This document shows, one piece after another, positions 24,768-37,046 of a stretch of DNA of 64,000 bases. Position 1 is the first letter of the stretch. Every line of letters begins with the position of its first letter. Made by a program: the position numbers and the translations under genes. Below the pieces are notes generated by a model that was given only the letters and a program-made list of their open reading frames with translations, did not search any database and was not told the origin of the DNA. Origin of the DNA: Octopus sinensis (lineage: Eukaryota); assembly GCF_006345805.1 (NCBI RefSeq), contig NC_043006.1, forward strand, positions 70,246,001 through 70,310,000. Direction: 5' to 3'.

Positions 24768-25941
24768 CAACCACATTAGATACCATCAGACAGCCACAGC
24801 AAGCATTGTCACACAACTACATCAAACAAATTCACACAATTGCAATAAATATTGTTACGGAATCACCCGTCGTCGCCCGTCCCGAACGGCTCACACAAGT
24901 TCCGCCACGGAACCCAAAGAGGCGGAGAGAGGAGATACAGATAGATACTGCCACAACCTCAACAGCACAGAGATACAGAGGCACAACCCGAGATACAACC
25001 CAAAGAGGCACAGGCAACAGAGACACTGGCTTATATTCAACAACTACTAGTTTATATGACAATCAATTGCTACACATCAAATACATTTAAGGCAGACATT
25101 TAAAGGAAGACATGCACGTGACTACTCAATACATCATGCAACAGATCAACGCATAATACAACATCATTTCAAGAGTACACGTCCGAAGACAACAGTTCTT
25201 TAAAGTCTCTTTCTGAACATCACAGATAAAGTCACATCAACAAGTCCTTTACTCAATTCTGAACATAAATACCACAACTCGATAATCGACATATCGACAG
25301 AGTCCTTGACTGTTCTCTTCACTGTTCAATACACCGTGACACATATCAATGCACAACACATACCTCAATTCCTAATTGAATCTGCCAGTGTCCCATTCCT
25401 CTCAATCCTGCCAATCCTCTGAATACTGCCAAATCCTTCTGTACATATCCCTTCTGCATATTCCAATCGCTTGCTCCTCAAATCCCAAGATCCCTGCTGA
25501 TCTGTCCAAGATCCGTCTGTGTTCTTCCACGACCGCTCAACCGACCGCAAGATCCGTCTGTGTTCTTCGACGACCAACTACCAACTGCCCAGATCTCACT
25601 TCGTCTCTGTCCTTCTTCCACTCCCTCATCTCCCTCTGTCTATATCGCTCCTACCCTTTCTAACTGCTCTCTGATTCCTTACTCTATCTATATCGCCTCA
25701 ATCCCTTAGCCTCTCTATCTGTCCCTTACTGCTTATACTCTATCTCTATTTGCTCTCAGCCCTTAATCTGTCCCTTTTCTTTCACTTCTCACTGACCCTC
25801 TTATCAACCACACGAGGTCACAGGTCATTCCAAAACCCATTAGTCCTCCATTAGACAAAAGACTGTCACATTTCGCCCAGACATGCCGGAACCATAATTC
25901 TAATGTGGGTCACCAAGACTGCACTAGCTAAACTCATAACA

Positions 25942-25954
25942 CTACCCCCTACCT
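25942..25954 (-). promoter_or_regulatory. Polypurine tract AGGTAGGGGGTAG
   Basis: Immediately precedes the 3' LTR on the element strand. Confidence 0.8.
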
Positions 25955-25982
25955 AAGCTTTTGTCGACCCGACAAAAACATA

Positions 25983-27857
25983 CTAAACTTGCACCCCCGA
26001 GGGCGAGCTCCAGCAGACTCTCCAGGGGCTGGGGGTCCCCTTGTGTGGTTTCTCCTCCGGGGGTCTCACCTCCCACGGCCACCACTTCAGCACCAGCCAC
26101 AGGTTGGCACCTTCCCTCTGCGGCTTGGGCAATACCACCGCCAACGCCGCCAGGCTTCCTACTAGCCGCCTACAATAGGCGCACCGTCCGAGGAAGTTCC
26201 TCAAATCCCTCACACAGGAAGGGTCCGGCCAATCCTTCACAGTGGCCACCTTCCTCAGGGCTCTATAGCCGACGTAGCACCTTGCTGTACCATCCCCATT
26301 CCGCGCAACTATCGCCGACGACCAGGGACCATTCCGCTTTTCCACTGTTCCCCGTCGCCGATATCTCCTCTTGCGCTGCTGTACTGGGACCTTCCTCCGG
26401 CCTCGCTGCTTCCTCAAGCGACGACCGCCTTGGTCGACGAAACGTTCTGCCAGGTCCGTGCGACCAGCATCCAACAACCCTCGCGACCAACGTCCTGCAC
26501 TTTTCACCAACGGTTGCTTCTTCCGCAACTGCATCAGCGGACCACGATCTCCCTTAACTTCATCACTGCACCGGCAGAACTGACCCCGCCGCTGGTTTAC
26601 CGTCCGGCGCAGTTCCACGATTTGCCCTCTGCAAATCGCTTGCGCAGCCTTCAATAACTCGGCCGACCCAACCAGCGCTCTGTCAGCCTCTGCCTCCACC
26701 AGGGTCCAGCCGACCCTCAATTGAGCTCTTACTCCGCACTGCATGTCGGGCTCCACCGGCCCCACGCAACCATCAAATACAGAGCTCCCCCAAGTGCCAA
26801 CAAAGCACCAGCGACTCCTTGCGGACCGCTTCCTCAACTGCATCCGTGGGCCACCACCTCCTTCAACTGCGTTGCCGTATCGGCAGAACTGGCCCCAACA
26901 CTGGCCCGCCATCTGGCACGATTCCTCGATTTGCCTTCTGCAAATCGCCTGTGCCACTTCCAAAAGATCGGCCGACCCACCCAGCGCTCCACCAGCTTCT
27001 GCTTCCACTAGGGTCCACCCGACCCTCAATCGAGCTTTCACTAGGCACTGCCTGTCGGGCTCCACCGGCCCCAAGCAACCATCAACCACAAAGCTCACCC
27101 AACGCTGAAGCAGTCTTCCTGGTCTCGGTGGACCCACCACCGTTCGCAGCCGTCTCGCCTCGTCAACGGGCCTGGTCCTTTTCTTCACCAGCTTCCGTAC
27201 CGCAGGCCTCACAACACACACGCTCGGCCGCCAGTCCATCCACGCCTGTGGCCTCTCCACAGTGGGAACCATACAGTCCCTCTGGGCCCCAAGAGACAGG
27301 AGTCCAGACACCAAAGGACCCTCACACGGCACAACACCTGCCGCGACCATCACACACAGAGCCGGAACCTCGGATTCAGCGACATCCACCCCAGACCTCG
27401 CCAGCTCTTCGTCCCGAGCTCCGAGAGACAGGGGTCGAAATGCCAAGGGCCCCAGACACGGAACAACAGCATCAGCCATAACAACTTCAACAAGCCTTTT
27501 GGTTAATTCAACCTCTACGGGTTCCAAATCACAAGATTTCTTGGGTACAGCGTCACAAATTTCGGCAACCAACCCAGGTTCCGCCGATGCTTCGTTCGAC
27601 GAGCAATCTCTGTCCACAGGACCGTCGCTATCCCCGGTCCAACACCGATCCTCCAAAGCTGACCCATCCGCAACCTCAAGCTCCCGCTGATCTGCCCACA
27701 GGCCCCGTCGCCTCTTGTCCATCCTTTCCATGAACGCATCCGTCTGCGCCATCTGGCCCCTTAACATCTCCACAATCAGGGCAAGCGAAATCCCCTCGTC
27801 TCCGGTCTGACAGCCAGACAAATCCATAGCGAAAAAGAACCGATCGAAACGCAGCAA
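25983..27857 (-). CDS. 624-codon LTR-element ORF (first ATG at 27827), pol-derived chimera lacking the RT catalytic core
   Basis: PWSSAIV...DGTARCYVGYRAL (RT N-terminal-like) is joined directly to V.DWP.P..V.DLR.FLG.C.Y.RR (RT C-terminal-like). Internal duplications are present. Confidence 0.65.
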   Translation of the reverse strand: MLRFDRFFFAMDLSGCQTGDEGISLALIVEMLRGQMAQTDAFMERMDKRRRGLWADQRELEVADGSALEDRCWTGDSDGPVDRDCSSNEASAEPGLVAEICDAVPKKSCDLEPVEVELTKRLVEVVMADAVVPCLGPLAFRPLSLGARDEELARSGVDVAESEVPALCVMVAAGVVPCEGPLVSGLLSLGAQRDCMVPTVERPQAWMDWRPSVCVVRPAVRKLVKKRTRPVDEARRLRTVVGPPRPGRLLQRWVSFVVDGCLGPVEPDRQCLVKARLRVGWTLVEAEAGGALGGSADLLEVAQAICRRQIEESCQMAGQCWGQFCRYGNAVEGGGGPRMQLRKRSARSRWCFVGTWGSSVFDGCVGPVEPDMQCGVRAQLRVGWTLVEAEADRALVGSAELLKAAQAICRGQIVELRRTVNQRRGQFCRCSDEVKGDRGPLMQLRKKQPLVKSAGRWSRGLLDAGRTDLAERFVDQGGRRLRKQRGRRKVPVQQRKRRYRRRGTVEKRNGPWSSAIVARNGDGTARCYVGYRALRKVATVKDWPDPSCVRDLRNFLGRCAYCRRLVGSLAALAVVLPKPQREGANLWLVLKWWPWEVRPPEEKPHKGTPSPWRVCWSSPSGVQV

Positions 27858-27865
27858 TCAGGACA

Positions 27866-27883
27866 ATCCCACTTCTGACACCA
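27866..27883 (-). promoter_or_regulatory. Primer-binding site TGGTGTCAGAAGTGGGAT, complementary to the 3' end of tRNA-Leu(CAA)
   Basis: 18-mer starting 2 nt inside the 5' LTR; matches the known tRNA-Leu ...AUCCCACUUCUGACACCA end. Confidence 0.85.
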
Positions 27884-30015
27884 GTTGTTACGGAATCACC
27901 CGTCGTCGCCCGTCCCGAACGGCTCACACAAGTTCCGCCACGGAACCCAAAGAGGCGGAGAGAGGAGATACAGATAGATACTGCCACAACCTCAACAGCA
28001 CAGAGATACAGAGGCACAACCCGAGATACAACCCAAAGAGGCACAGAGGCAACAGAGACACTGGCTTATATTCAACAACTACTAGTTTATATGACAATCA
28101 ATTGCTACACATCAAATACATTTAAGGCAGACATTTAAAGGAAGACATGCACGTGACTACTCAATACATCATGCAACAGATCAACGCATAATACAACATC
28201 ATTTCAAGAGTACACGTCCGAAGACAACAGTTCTTTAAAGTCTCTTTCTGAACATCACAGATAAAGTCACATCAACAAGTCCTTTACTCAATTCTGAACA
28301 TAAATACCACAACTCGATAATCGACATATCGACAGAGTCCTTGACTGTTCTCTTCACTGTTCAATACACCGTGACACATATCAATGCACAACACATACCT
28401 CAATTCCTAATTGAATCTGCCAGTGTCCCATTCCTCTCAATCCTGCCAATTCCTCTGAATACTGCCAAATCCTTCTGTACATATCCCTTCTGCATATTCC
28501 AATCGCTTGCTCCTCAAATCCCAAGATCCCTGCTGATCTGTCCAAGATCCGTCTGTGTTCTTCCACGACCGCTCAACCGACCGCAAGATCCGTCTGTGTT
28601 CTTCGACGACCAACTACCAACTGCCCAGATCTCACTTCGTCTCTGTCCTTCTTCCACTCCCTCATCTCCCTCTGTCTATATCGCTCCTACCCTTTCTAAC
28701 TGCTCTCTGATTCCTTACTCTATCTATATCGCCTCAATCCCTTAGCCTCTCTATCTGTCCCTTACTGCTTATACTCTATCTCTATTTGCTCTCAGCCCTT
28801 AATCTGTCCCTTTTCTTTCACTTCTCACTGACCCTCTTATCAACCACACGAGGTCACAGGTCATTCCAAAACCCATTAGTCCTCCATTAGACAAAAGACT
28901 GTCACATTTCGCCCAGACATGCCGGAACCATAATTCCAATGTGGGTCACCAAGACTGCACTAGCTAAACTCATAACAATATCATCACAGAACCGCTTAAC
29001 CATTGTTCTTCCATATCAGTCATTATCACGCAGTCGTATCATACATCTCCACACAAGTATATCACATATCACCAGACAATAGCCTCAACCTCGCCACACA
29101 ACACCCTCACAGAACCACAACAAACGTCGTCACACAACAACATCAAACAGCATCACTCAATTTCAGTAAACATCACCTCACAACCGCGTACGATTTCATC
29201 ATGCGACAGTATCAGCCACCTTCATACAATTATATCATACAGATATATCAAACATCACCGGACAATCGTATCAATATCACCACGCAACTACTTCCCAGAA
29301 CAATATCAAACATCATAACACAACTACATCAGACATCATCACACAACCACACCAGGCATCATCACTCAACTACCTCAAATAACATCTCACAATTGCTATA
29401 AACATCACCACACAACCGTATGCGGTTTCATCATACGACTTTAACAATCATATCTTCGCGCAATCATATTCACTTATATCAAACATCACCAGAGAATCGC
29501 ATCAATACCACCACTCGGTTAACTCACAGAGGCACAACGAACATCATCACTCAACCATACGAAACTTCATCACACAGCTACATCGAACAGCATCACATAA
29601 TTACATTAAACATCATCACGCAACCATATCAAGCATTACCTATTTCTTTATTGCCCACAAGGGGCTAAACACAGAGGGGACAAACAAGGACAGACATAGG
29701 TATTAAGTCGATTACATCGACCCCAGTGCGTAACTGGTACTTAATTTATCGACCCCGAAAGGATGAAAGGCAAAGTCGACCTCGGCGGAATTTGAACTCA
29801 CAACGTAACGCAGACGAAATACCGCTAAGCATTTCGCCCGGCGTGCTAACGTTTCTGCCAGCTCGCCGCAACACCCACACAACCGTCACAAATAACTATA
29901 ACCATAGATACCAACCTGACTTTTGACAACAACACCGGCGTTTCCCTACCACAATACCATGTTTATTTGCATTGTAAATTGTGGCTTGTGCAGTTTTTGT
30001 TTCACAGTCACATAC

Positions 30016-30204
30016 ATCAGATCCTAAACAATAGAGATGTTGTCGGTTAATATTGTTTATATCAAAATATATAGTTAAAATTATACGTTTAAAAATGTCA
30101 TAATGAACAACAAGCAAACGGAGCTGTATATCTGATGTAGATCTGATGACCACATTAAGATCATACCAGAACACCTTAACAACTTCACTCATATCAATTA
30201 ATAC
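30016..30204 (-). CDS. Same gene: exon [19 protein letters not shown]...HLYCLGSD
   Basis: tttacag acceptor and GTATGT donor, 189 nt, phase 0-0, compatible with the 23232 exon. Confidence 0.55.
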
Positions 30205-30384
30205 CTGTAAATATTTTACTGGTTGAGCTAACTTTGTTTATATGGCAACGTATAATGTTTAAAAACGCATGTGTTTTCTTTATAGTTTGAATAATGAGTT
30301 TGTGAAGAGAAATTAAATTATTTTTTCGTACAAAATTTAGATACATACCTACTATAAGGTGAGCACAAGTGTGTACGTACGCTG

Positions 30385-30424
<40 letters not shown>

Positions 30425-30557
30425 AAGATGGAACAAAAACGCAATAAAGTACAATAAAACATTCGGACAGATAGACGATACAAGGCGGACAAGAGAAATA
30501 ACATTATATATATATATATATAGTATATATGTGTGTGTGTGGTGTGTGTGTGTGTGT

Positions 30558-30610
<53 letters not shown>

Positions 30611-30626
30611 TATGTGTGTGTATATA

Positions 30627-30707
<81 letters not shown>

Positions 30708-30808
30708 ATATATAAACACGTATATACATATATGAAATATATAAGTATATATATATACACGTATATATATATATATACACACGTATATACATATATGAAA
30801 TATATAAG

Positions 30809-30845
<37 letters not shown>

Positions 30846-30879
30846 ATATGTGTGTGTGTGTGTATATGTATATGTATAT

Positions 30880-31428
30880 GATAGATTGCTAGCCACTAAG
30901 CCTTTTTTTATTTTCTCTCCTTGTTTATTTCTGTGTTCCTTTCCGTCAAAGAGCGTAGACTCGAAGCGTAAAAGACTTTCTTACTTCCCAAGCGTTAAAC
31001 TAATACATCTGTTTGTTGTTTACACACCTGTCTTCGCTTGTTTTTTGTAAATTCTCACTATACATGTTTGTATGTATATATATATATATATATATATACA
31101 TATATATATGTATATATATATACATATATATTATATATACATATATATATGTATATATATATACATATATATATGTATATATATATATGCATGCATATAT
31201 ATATATATGTGTGTGTATGTATATGTACATATATATGTGTGTGTATATATATAGGAGGAATTCACACAAAAAACACAAGATGAAGACAGGTGGTGTAGAC
31301 AACAAACAAACAGATGTATTATTTTAACGCTCGGGAAGTGAAAAAGTTTTGAACGTTTCGAGCCTATGCTCTTCGACAGAAGGAAACAAGGAGAGAAAAT
31401 AAAGAATGTGTAGTGGCTAGCGATCTAT
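30880..31428. mobile_element. Inverted pair of PLE terminal repeats (30880-31062 + / 31255-31428 -) around an (AT)n spacer
   Basis: Family members recur near 19400-19550, 23640-23780, 44250-44400, 45280-45370 and 46300-46490. Confidence 0.7.
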
Positions 31429-32046
31429 CATGGCGAATGCCGGACAGAGGGGTCACACAGGAGAGCTAGGAAGGAGGGGAGATAATAAAGTAGTGGTGAT
31501 CCCAAAACGAAGGTGTGCGTGCGTGTGTGTAAGAGAGCATGTATATGCGTGTGGAAGAGGGTTGGTGACCTTGACGCGTGCGTGTATGTACGTGGAGGTG
31601 AGTGGAAGACAGTGTGGGGGCTGGGAAGTGGTCAGTGCTAGTGTGTGCGTGGTGGTGTGATGTGGTGTTGTGTGGTATGGTAGTGTTTGGTGTGGTGGTG
31701 TGTGGTGTGGTGGTGGTGGTGTTAGGATATGGGGAGGGCGAAAGTAGGGAAAGCAAGGGTGGGTGTGGGTTAGGCTGAGGGTGAGGTAGAAGTGGGGTAT
31801 GTGGGAAAGAGTGTAAGGGATGCGGTGGGGTGGGTGGAATGGATAGGGAAGGTGGGATTGGATTGTGTAGGGGTGGAGTTACGAGGGAGGGGTGACGATG
31901 AAAGAAGAGGGGGAAGGGAGAAGTTGGGTAGGAGTGAAGAGAAGAGAGAAGGAGAGTAGGAGTGAAGAGAAGTAGGAGTCAGAGCAAGAGAGGAGAGGTG
32001 GTGGGAGGAAGTAGGTGTGAGAGGGAGAGAGGAGATGGGAGGAGGG

Positions 32047-32268
32047 TTAGATGAAGAGGGGAGGAGAGTTGAGCCCATGTGACGCAAATGTGCGAAGAGA
32101 GAAGATCAATCCCTGTTCACGGCGCAAACGGGAGTCCGGATGGCCCCTGTGCAAGGAGAATCCGAACACAGACAGTTGTTGCAAAGAGTGGCCGGTTGAG
32201 CAGAAATGGCACGAGACCGGGGTGTCATTGCCGAGTCGGATGTCTCGTTCTGCGAACCGGTCAGCCAA
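32047..32268 (-). mobile_element. Penelope-like GIY-YIG endonuclease C-terminal fragment
   Basis: DRFAE...TPVSCHF...GHS...R..REQGLIFSLRT...GLN motif. Confidence 0.78.
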
Positions 32269-32639
32269 TCATAAAAACAAAAACATGGAAACGAACTTTT
32301 TTCAAACAACGAAAAAACAGAGTACAAGACATACAACACAAGGAATATTCCCCTTCTTCAGTTGTCCCTGTTTCGTCTACTCCGCGTGCCGAAGGTAAAG
32401 ACAAGACGCGACTTCGTTGAAACAGTCCTTCCCGCAAAGCAAATTAAATAAAATTTGGGATTTTTTGTGGTGGGGTAAAAGTGGTAACAAGAACTGGACA
32501 GTAAGAACAAAACAAGACAGTAAAAACAATAAAAGTACAAACATTAAAAGACAGAACAAAGAGAATAACACAGTAAAAACAAACGATGAGGGCTGTTAAG
32601 TCAAGACGAAGGAAAAATTATTCTGATCGGTAGCTTATT

Positions 32640-33490
32640 TACGCCGACAGCGATGAATTCTGGAGAGCAAGAAGTGATGAAATCACGAAAGATTTGAAGT
32701 TTTTTGCTTGCGAAAAGTTGTCTAATGCCTGGAAAACATGATAGTCAGTTGGTGCAAGGTCTGGTGAATATGGTGGATAACCGAGTACTTCCAAGTTAAG
32801 TTCTTGTATCTTGAGTAGCGTTCTTTATGCAACATGTGGTTGAGTATTGTCTTGTAAGAGAATTGGCCTATCTGTATTTACCAATCTCGGTTGTTTAATT
32901 GCAAGTTCACTCATCATTTCATCCAATTGGTTGGTGTATATATCCGCTGTAACTGACATACCAGGTTTTATGAAGCTGTAGTAGATGACGCCAGTGCTGG
33001 ACCACCAAACAGATACCAGAACGTTTGCTATTGTTGAAAAAAATCCATTTTTCACCCCACTTAACAATGCGATGCAAAAATGGTTCGCTTTTATGCTGTG
33101 ACAGCAAAGAACAGTAAGTTTCAAGACGACGTGTCATTTGATACTCGTTCAGTTCGTGTGGTACCCACTTTTCCGGCTTCTTTACCTTGCCAATTTGTTT
33201 CAGGTGGTCCAATACGGTTGGAATCGAAACATCGAACCTTGCTGCTAACTCACGCGTAGTTTGAGACGTATCCGCTTCCACTACAGTTTCCAGCTCATCA
33301 TTATCCACTTTGATATCGGGTCTACCACGGGGCTGATTTTCATGAGTGAAGTCACCAGACCGGAACTTCCCAAACCATCGACGTACAGTGCACTCATTCG
33401 CTACATCTTCAGCAAACACCTCATTGATGTTTCGAACTGTCTGAGATGCATTCGTAAACAACACGAAATTTTGATCTATCCATGGGTTCA
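32640..33490 (-). mobile_element. Degenerate mariner transposase
   Basis: TVRRWF.KFRSG, WVPHEL, VWWS..GVI, LLQDN..PH and YPPYSPDLAPTDYH motifs across frameshifts. Confidence 0.88.
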
Positions 33491-33803
33491 CAAAAATTGA
33501 TTGACAAGAGAAAACTCACAATAAAATCAGACACCATGAACTGCATTTCGAAAAGTGATGATGTAACTCTACCATGTTGTATGATGGGATTAAAAAGCTT
33601 GTAAATAGATGGAAGGAAGTCATAGATATTCAGGGAAAGTACATTGATGATTAAATTTCAATTAAATATAACATTTGATCACTTGTTTTCTTTATTCAAA
33701 ATTCGGACAGAACTTATGGGATGATCTTATATATATTTGTATGTATGTATGTTTGTATGTGTGTGTATGTAAGAGTGTGTGCATGTATGTATGTATGTTT
33801 ATA

Positions 33804-35154
33804 TAAGGGGTGTTCATTAAATATTTCCCCTGAGCCACTTTCCAAGGACTAGGATAAACGAAACTTGACATAATTATTAGTCCTTCTCTACAGAGCCACC
33901 ACCAATGGCGACACACTTCTCTCATCGCTTTATGCAGCTGTGAAGACCTTGTCTGTAAAAGTCGGTCGGTTGCGTCTGGAGCCAAGACTTCGAAAATAAT
34001 TTCATCATCATCCGAAAAATGCTTCCCCTTCAAAAAAGACTTCATGGTTGGAAAGAGGTGGAAGTCAGATGGTGCGAGGTCGGGCAAGTAAGGGGTATGA
34101 GGAAGAATTTCATAGCCGCAGAAGTGTGTTTTCATTGGGGCAACATGCGTATTGTTGCGTATTGTGAACTGAGGTTTTGTCTTGGAGGCAGCAGACTTCT
34201 TTGGTCAGCATGCCATGCCTCTCTGCTTTGATGGCGTCCCACAGTTTCTGCAACAGAGAAGCATAATATGCCCCGTTGATTGTGGTGCCCTTTGCCAAAA
34301 ATTCCATCATCACTATTCCGCGCTGGTCCCAAAAGATTGTGAGCATGATCTAGCCTGATGAGGGTTGGACACAAGCCTTCTTTTGAGGTAGTGAGTTATC
34401 AGGCTTCCATTACTTTGACTAGACTTTAGTCTCAGGATCAGAGTGATGGACCCATGTTTCATCCTGTGCGATAAGTCTGCCGAAAAAATCCTCCTCATTT
34501 TTTTTTTGGCACATTGCCAAAAGAGCCTGGGAGTAACTGACTCGTTCCTGTTTCTAAAAAGGTAAGAGCATCTGGGGAATCCATCGTGCAGACAACTTCC
34601 GCATATGCAAATGGGCGTGAATGATTTTTTCCACGAACTCTACACTTATCTTCACTTCTTGGGCCAATTGCAGCTTCTTGGGCCAGTTGCAGCTTCTTGG
34701 GCCAATTGCAGCTTCTTGGGCCAGTTGCAGCTTCTTGGGCCAGTTGCAGCTTCTTGGGCCAGTTGCAGCTTCTTGGGCCAATTGCAGCTTCTTGGGCCAA
34801 TTGCAGCTTCTTGGGCCAGTTGCATGGATGGTGTCGTTATCAATGGCGGAATGTGACCGTGCATGAATAGGAGCAGCTTCCACCGATGTCCGACCACATT
34901 TAAACAAGTGATGCCAGTGTTTGACCATGTCTCTTTTGATGTACGACCTTTCAAGTATAAGAACCTGATCACTGATCTGCATTTAACTGTCTTCATTACA
35001 ACACCCTAGTCCACTTCAGCAGCCGTAAAAGACAAACGAATATAAGTGGAGAGTTACAATTTACAGTGTGACACGTATGATTATACTTGTACAAGTTCGG
35101 TTTCCGGCAATAACCGGAAGTGTGTCAGGGGAAATTTTTAATGAACACCCCTCG
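33804..35154 (-). mobile_element. Full-length degenerate mariner element with about 30-bp TIRs and TA flanks
   Basis: TIR (CG)AGGGGTGTTCATTAAA.ATTTCCCCTGA at both ends; SARWIPQML, DETWVHH and PHTPYLPDLAPSDFHLFP motifs. Confidence 0.9.
34655..34824. repeat. 19-bp minisatellite (CTTCTTGGGCCARTTGCAG) x9 inside the mariner transposase
   Basis: Units counted directly. Confidence 0.95.
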
Positions 35155-35634
35155 TATATATGTATGTACGTGTGTATGTATGAGTATATATGTATTTGCG
35201 TATGTGTGTATGTATCTATGCATGTATGTATACATGTATGTATGCATGTATGTATGTTTGTGTGAATATATGTATATGTGTATGTATGTGTGAATATATG
35301 TATATGTGTATGTATGAAAGAATGTACGTATGCGTGTATGTATACATGCATGTATGTATATATCCATGTATGTGTCCATGTATGTATATATCCATGTATG
35401 TGTCCATGTATGTATATATCCATGTATGTGTGCATGTATGCACGTATGTATGCATGCATGTATATATGTATGCATGCATGCGTGTAGGTATGCATGCATG
35501 TATGTATGTATGTATGAATGTATGTATGTATGTACGTATGTATGTATGTATGTATATATGTATGGAAGTGGAGGATTCGTGAGTGGGAGAGAGTGAGAAA
35601 GGAAGAGAGAGACAGATTGATGAAACGAACATAC

Positions 35635-35843
35635 TTGATTCGCATGCAACTTCATAGGTTCTCGAACAACTTTGATCACTCCATGACAGACCAGAAACGA
35701 CTTTAGATGTGGCACATTTTTCGTTTTTAGAACTTGTAATCTGGCCAGAAATCCAGTTTGTCCAATTTGTGACGTCTTTTGTTATCCAAGTCCAACCACC
35801 GACATCTTGCGTTGTCAGCATACCCATCCAGAATTCAGTAAAC
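35635..35843 (-). CDS. Same gene: C-terminal half of the C-type lectin domain (FTEFWMGM...WTW...TNWISGQ...C...WSDQSC...ACES)
   Basis: cacag acceptor and GTATGT donor, phase 2 to 1. CTLD WxG, WxW, NW, WxDxxC and CE motifs. Confidence 0.85.
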
Positions 35844-35894
35844 CTGTGTGAAGGATTATGATGAAGATAATGTTGTTATTGTTGTTCTTGTTGT

Positions 35895-36490
35895 TGATAA
35901 CTATTATGACGATAACGATGATGATGACGATGACGATGATCATGACGACGATGATCATGACGACGATGATCATGACGACGATGATGATGATGATAATGAT
36001 GACGACGATGATGATGCCGATGATGATGATGATGATGATGATGATAACCATCTTGATGATGATTATGACCATGAGGATGACGTTGATGATCATGACGTTG
36101 AGGATGATGAGGATGATGAGGATGATGATGACGGTGATGACGATGATGGCGATGATGATGATGATGATGACGATGATGATGATGATGACGATGATGATGA
36201 CGATGACGATGATGATGACGACAACGACGAGGATGGATGACGATAATGATAATGATTGAGAGAAGGAGGGAATTAGGTGAAGGATGGATGAGAGGAGGTG
36301 AAAATCATGAGGATATTAATTGTAGTTATGATGATGATGATGACGGCAGTCGTGGCGGTGGTGGCGACGGTGGTGTTGGTGCTAGTGGTGGTGGTGGTGG
36401 TGGTGGTAGTGGCGGAGGTAGGGGCGGCGGTAGGGGCGGCGGTAGGGGCGGCGGTAGGGGCGGCGGTAGAGGCGGCGGTGGTGCTGGTGG
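35895..36490. repeat. (GAT/GAC)n and GGC/GGT-rich trinucleotide tracts
   Basis: Read directly. Confidence 0.9.
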
Positions 36491-37046
36491 TCGTTGTCGT
36501 AGCGAAATTGATGATAAGGAGGAGGAGGGGGAGGAGGAAGATGAAATGGCAACAAAAATTCTTACCACCAGATGTCTTACCCTAATAAAATGGAAGAGAA
36601 CATTGCAGGATAATATCGTCATAGTTGCCCAGGGTGGTCAAAATGGGAACGCCTTTCACCATACATATCAGCTCGGATGCTGCACGAGTTATCTTCAGCC
36701 AAATCCACTTCCAAGGCTTTGGTCGGCCCGAGGCTATAGTAAAAGACACTTGCCCAAAGTCCCACGCAGTGGGACTGAGCCCGGAACCATGTGGCTGGTA
36801 AGAAAGCTACTTACCACACAGCCACACCTGCGCCTAAGATAATTTTTTTTATTCCTTTGTGTAAACCCTCACCTCAACGTGGTGCAGATATTGGAAACGC
36901 TGGGTCAACTTCACAGTAGGCTTATGAAGGCTCTTGTGAAGATAGTCGGGCTAATCATTCACTATTGGATTCTTGCTGATTACGAAAAGAAAACAAGATG
37001 AGATCAACATTAGTGGTCGCATCGGAGTAGACATGAACTCGTCAAC

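Larger units (their letters stand above)
24853..28977 (-). mobile_element. Young non-autonomous Ty3/gypsy-type LTR retrotransposon
   Basis: Near-identical LTRs 24853-25941 and 27886-28977 with TG...CA ends; 4-bp TSD ATAT; PBS and PPT present. Confidence 0.93.
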
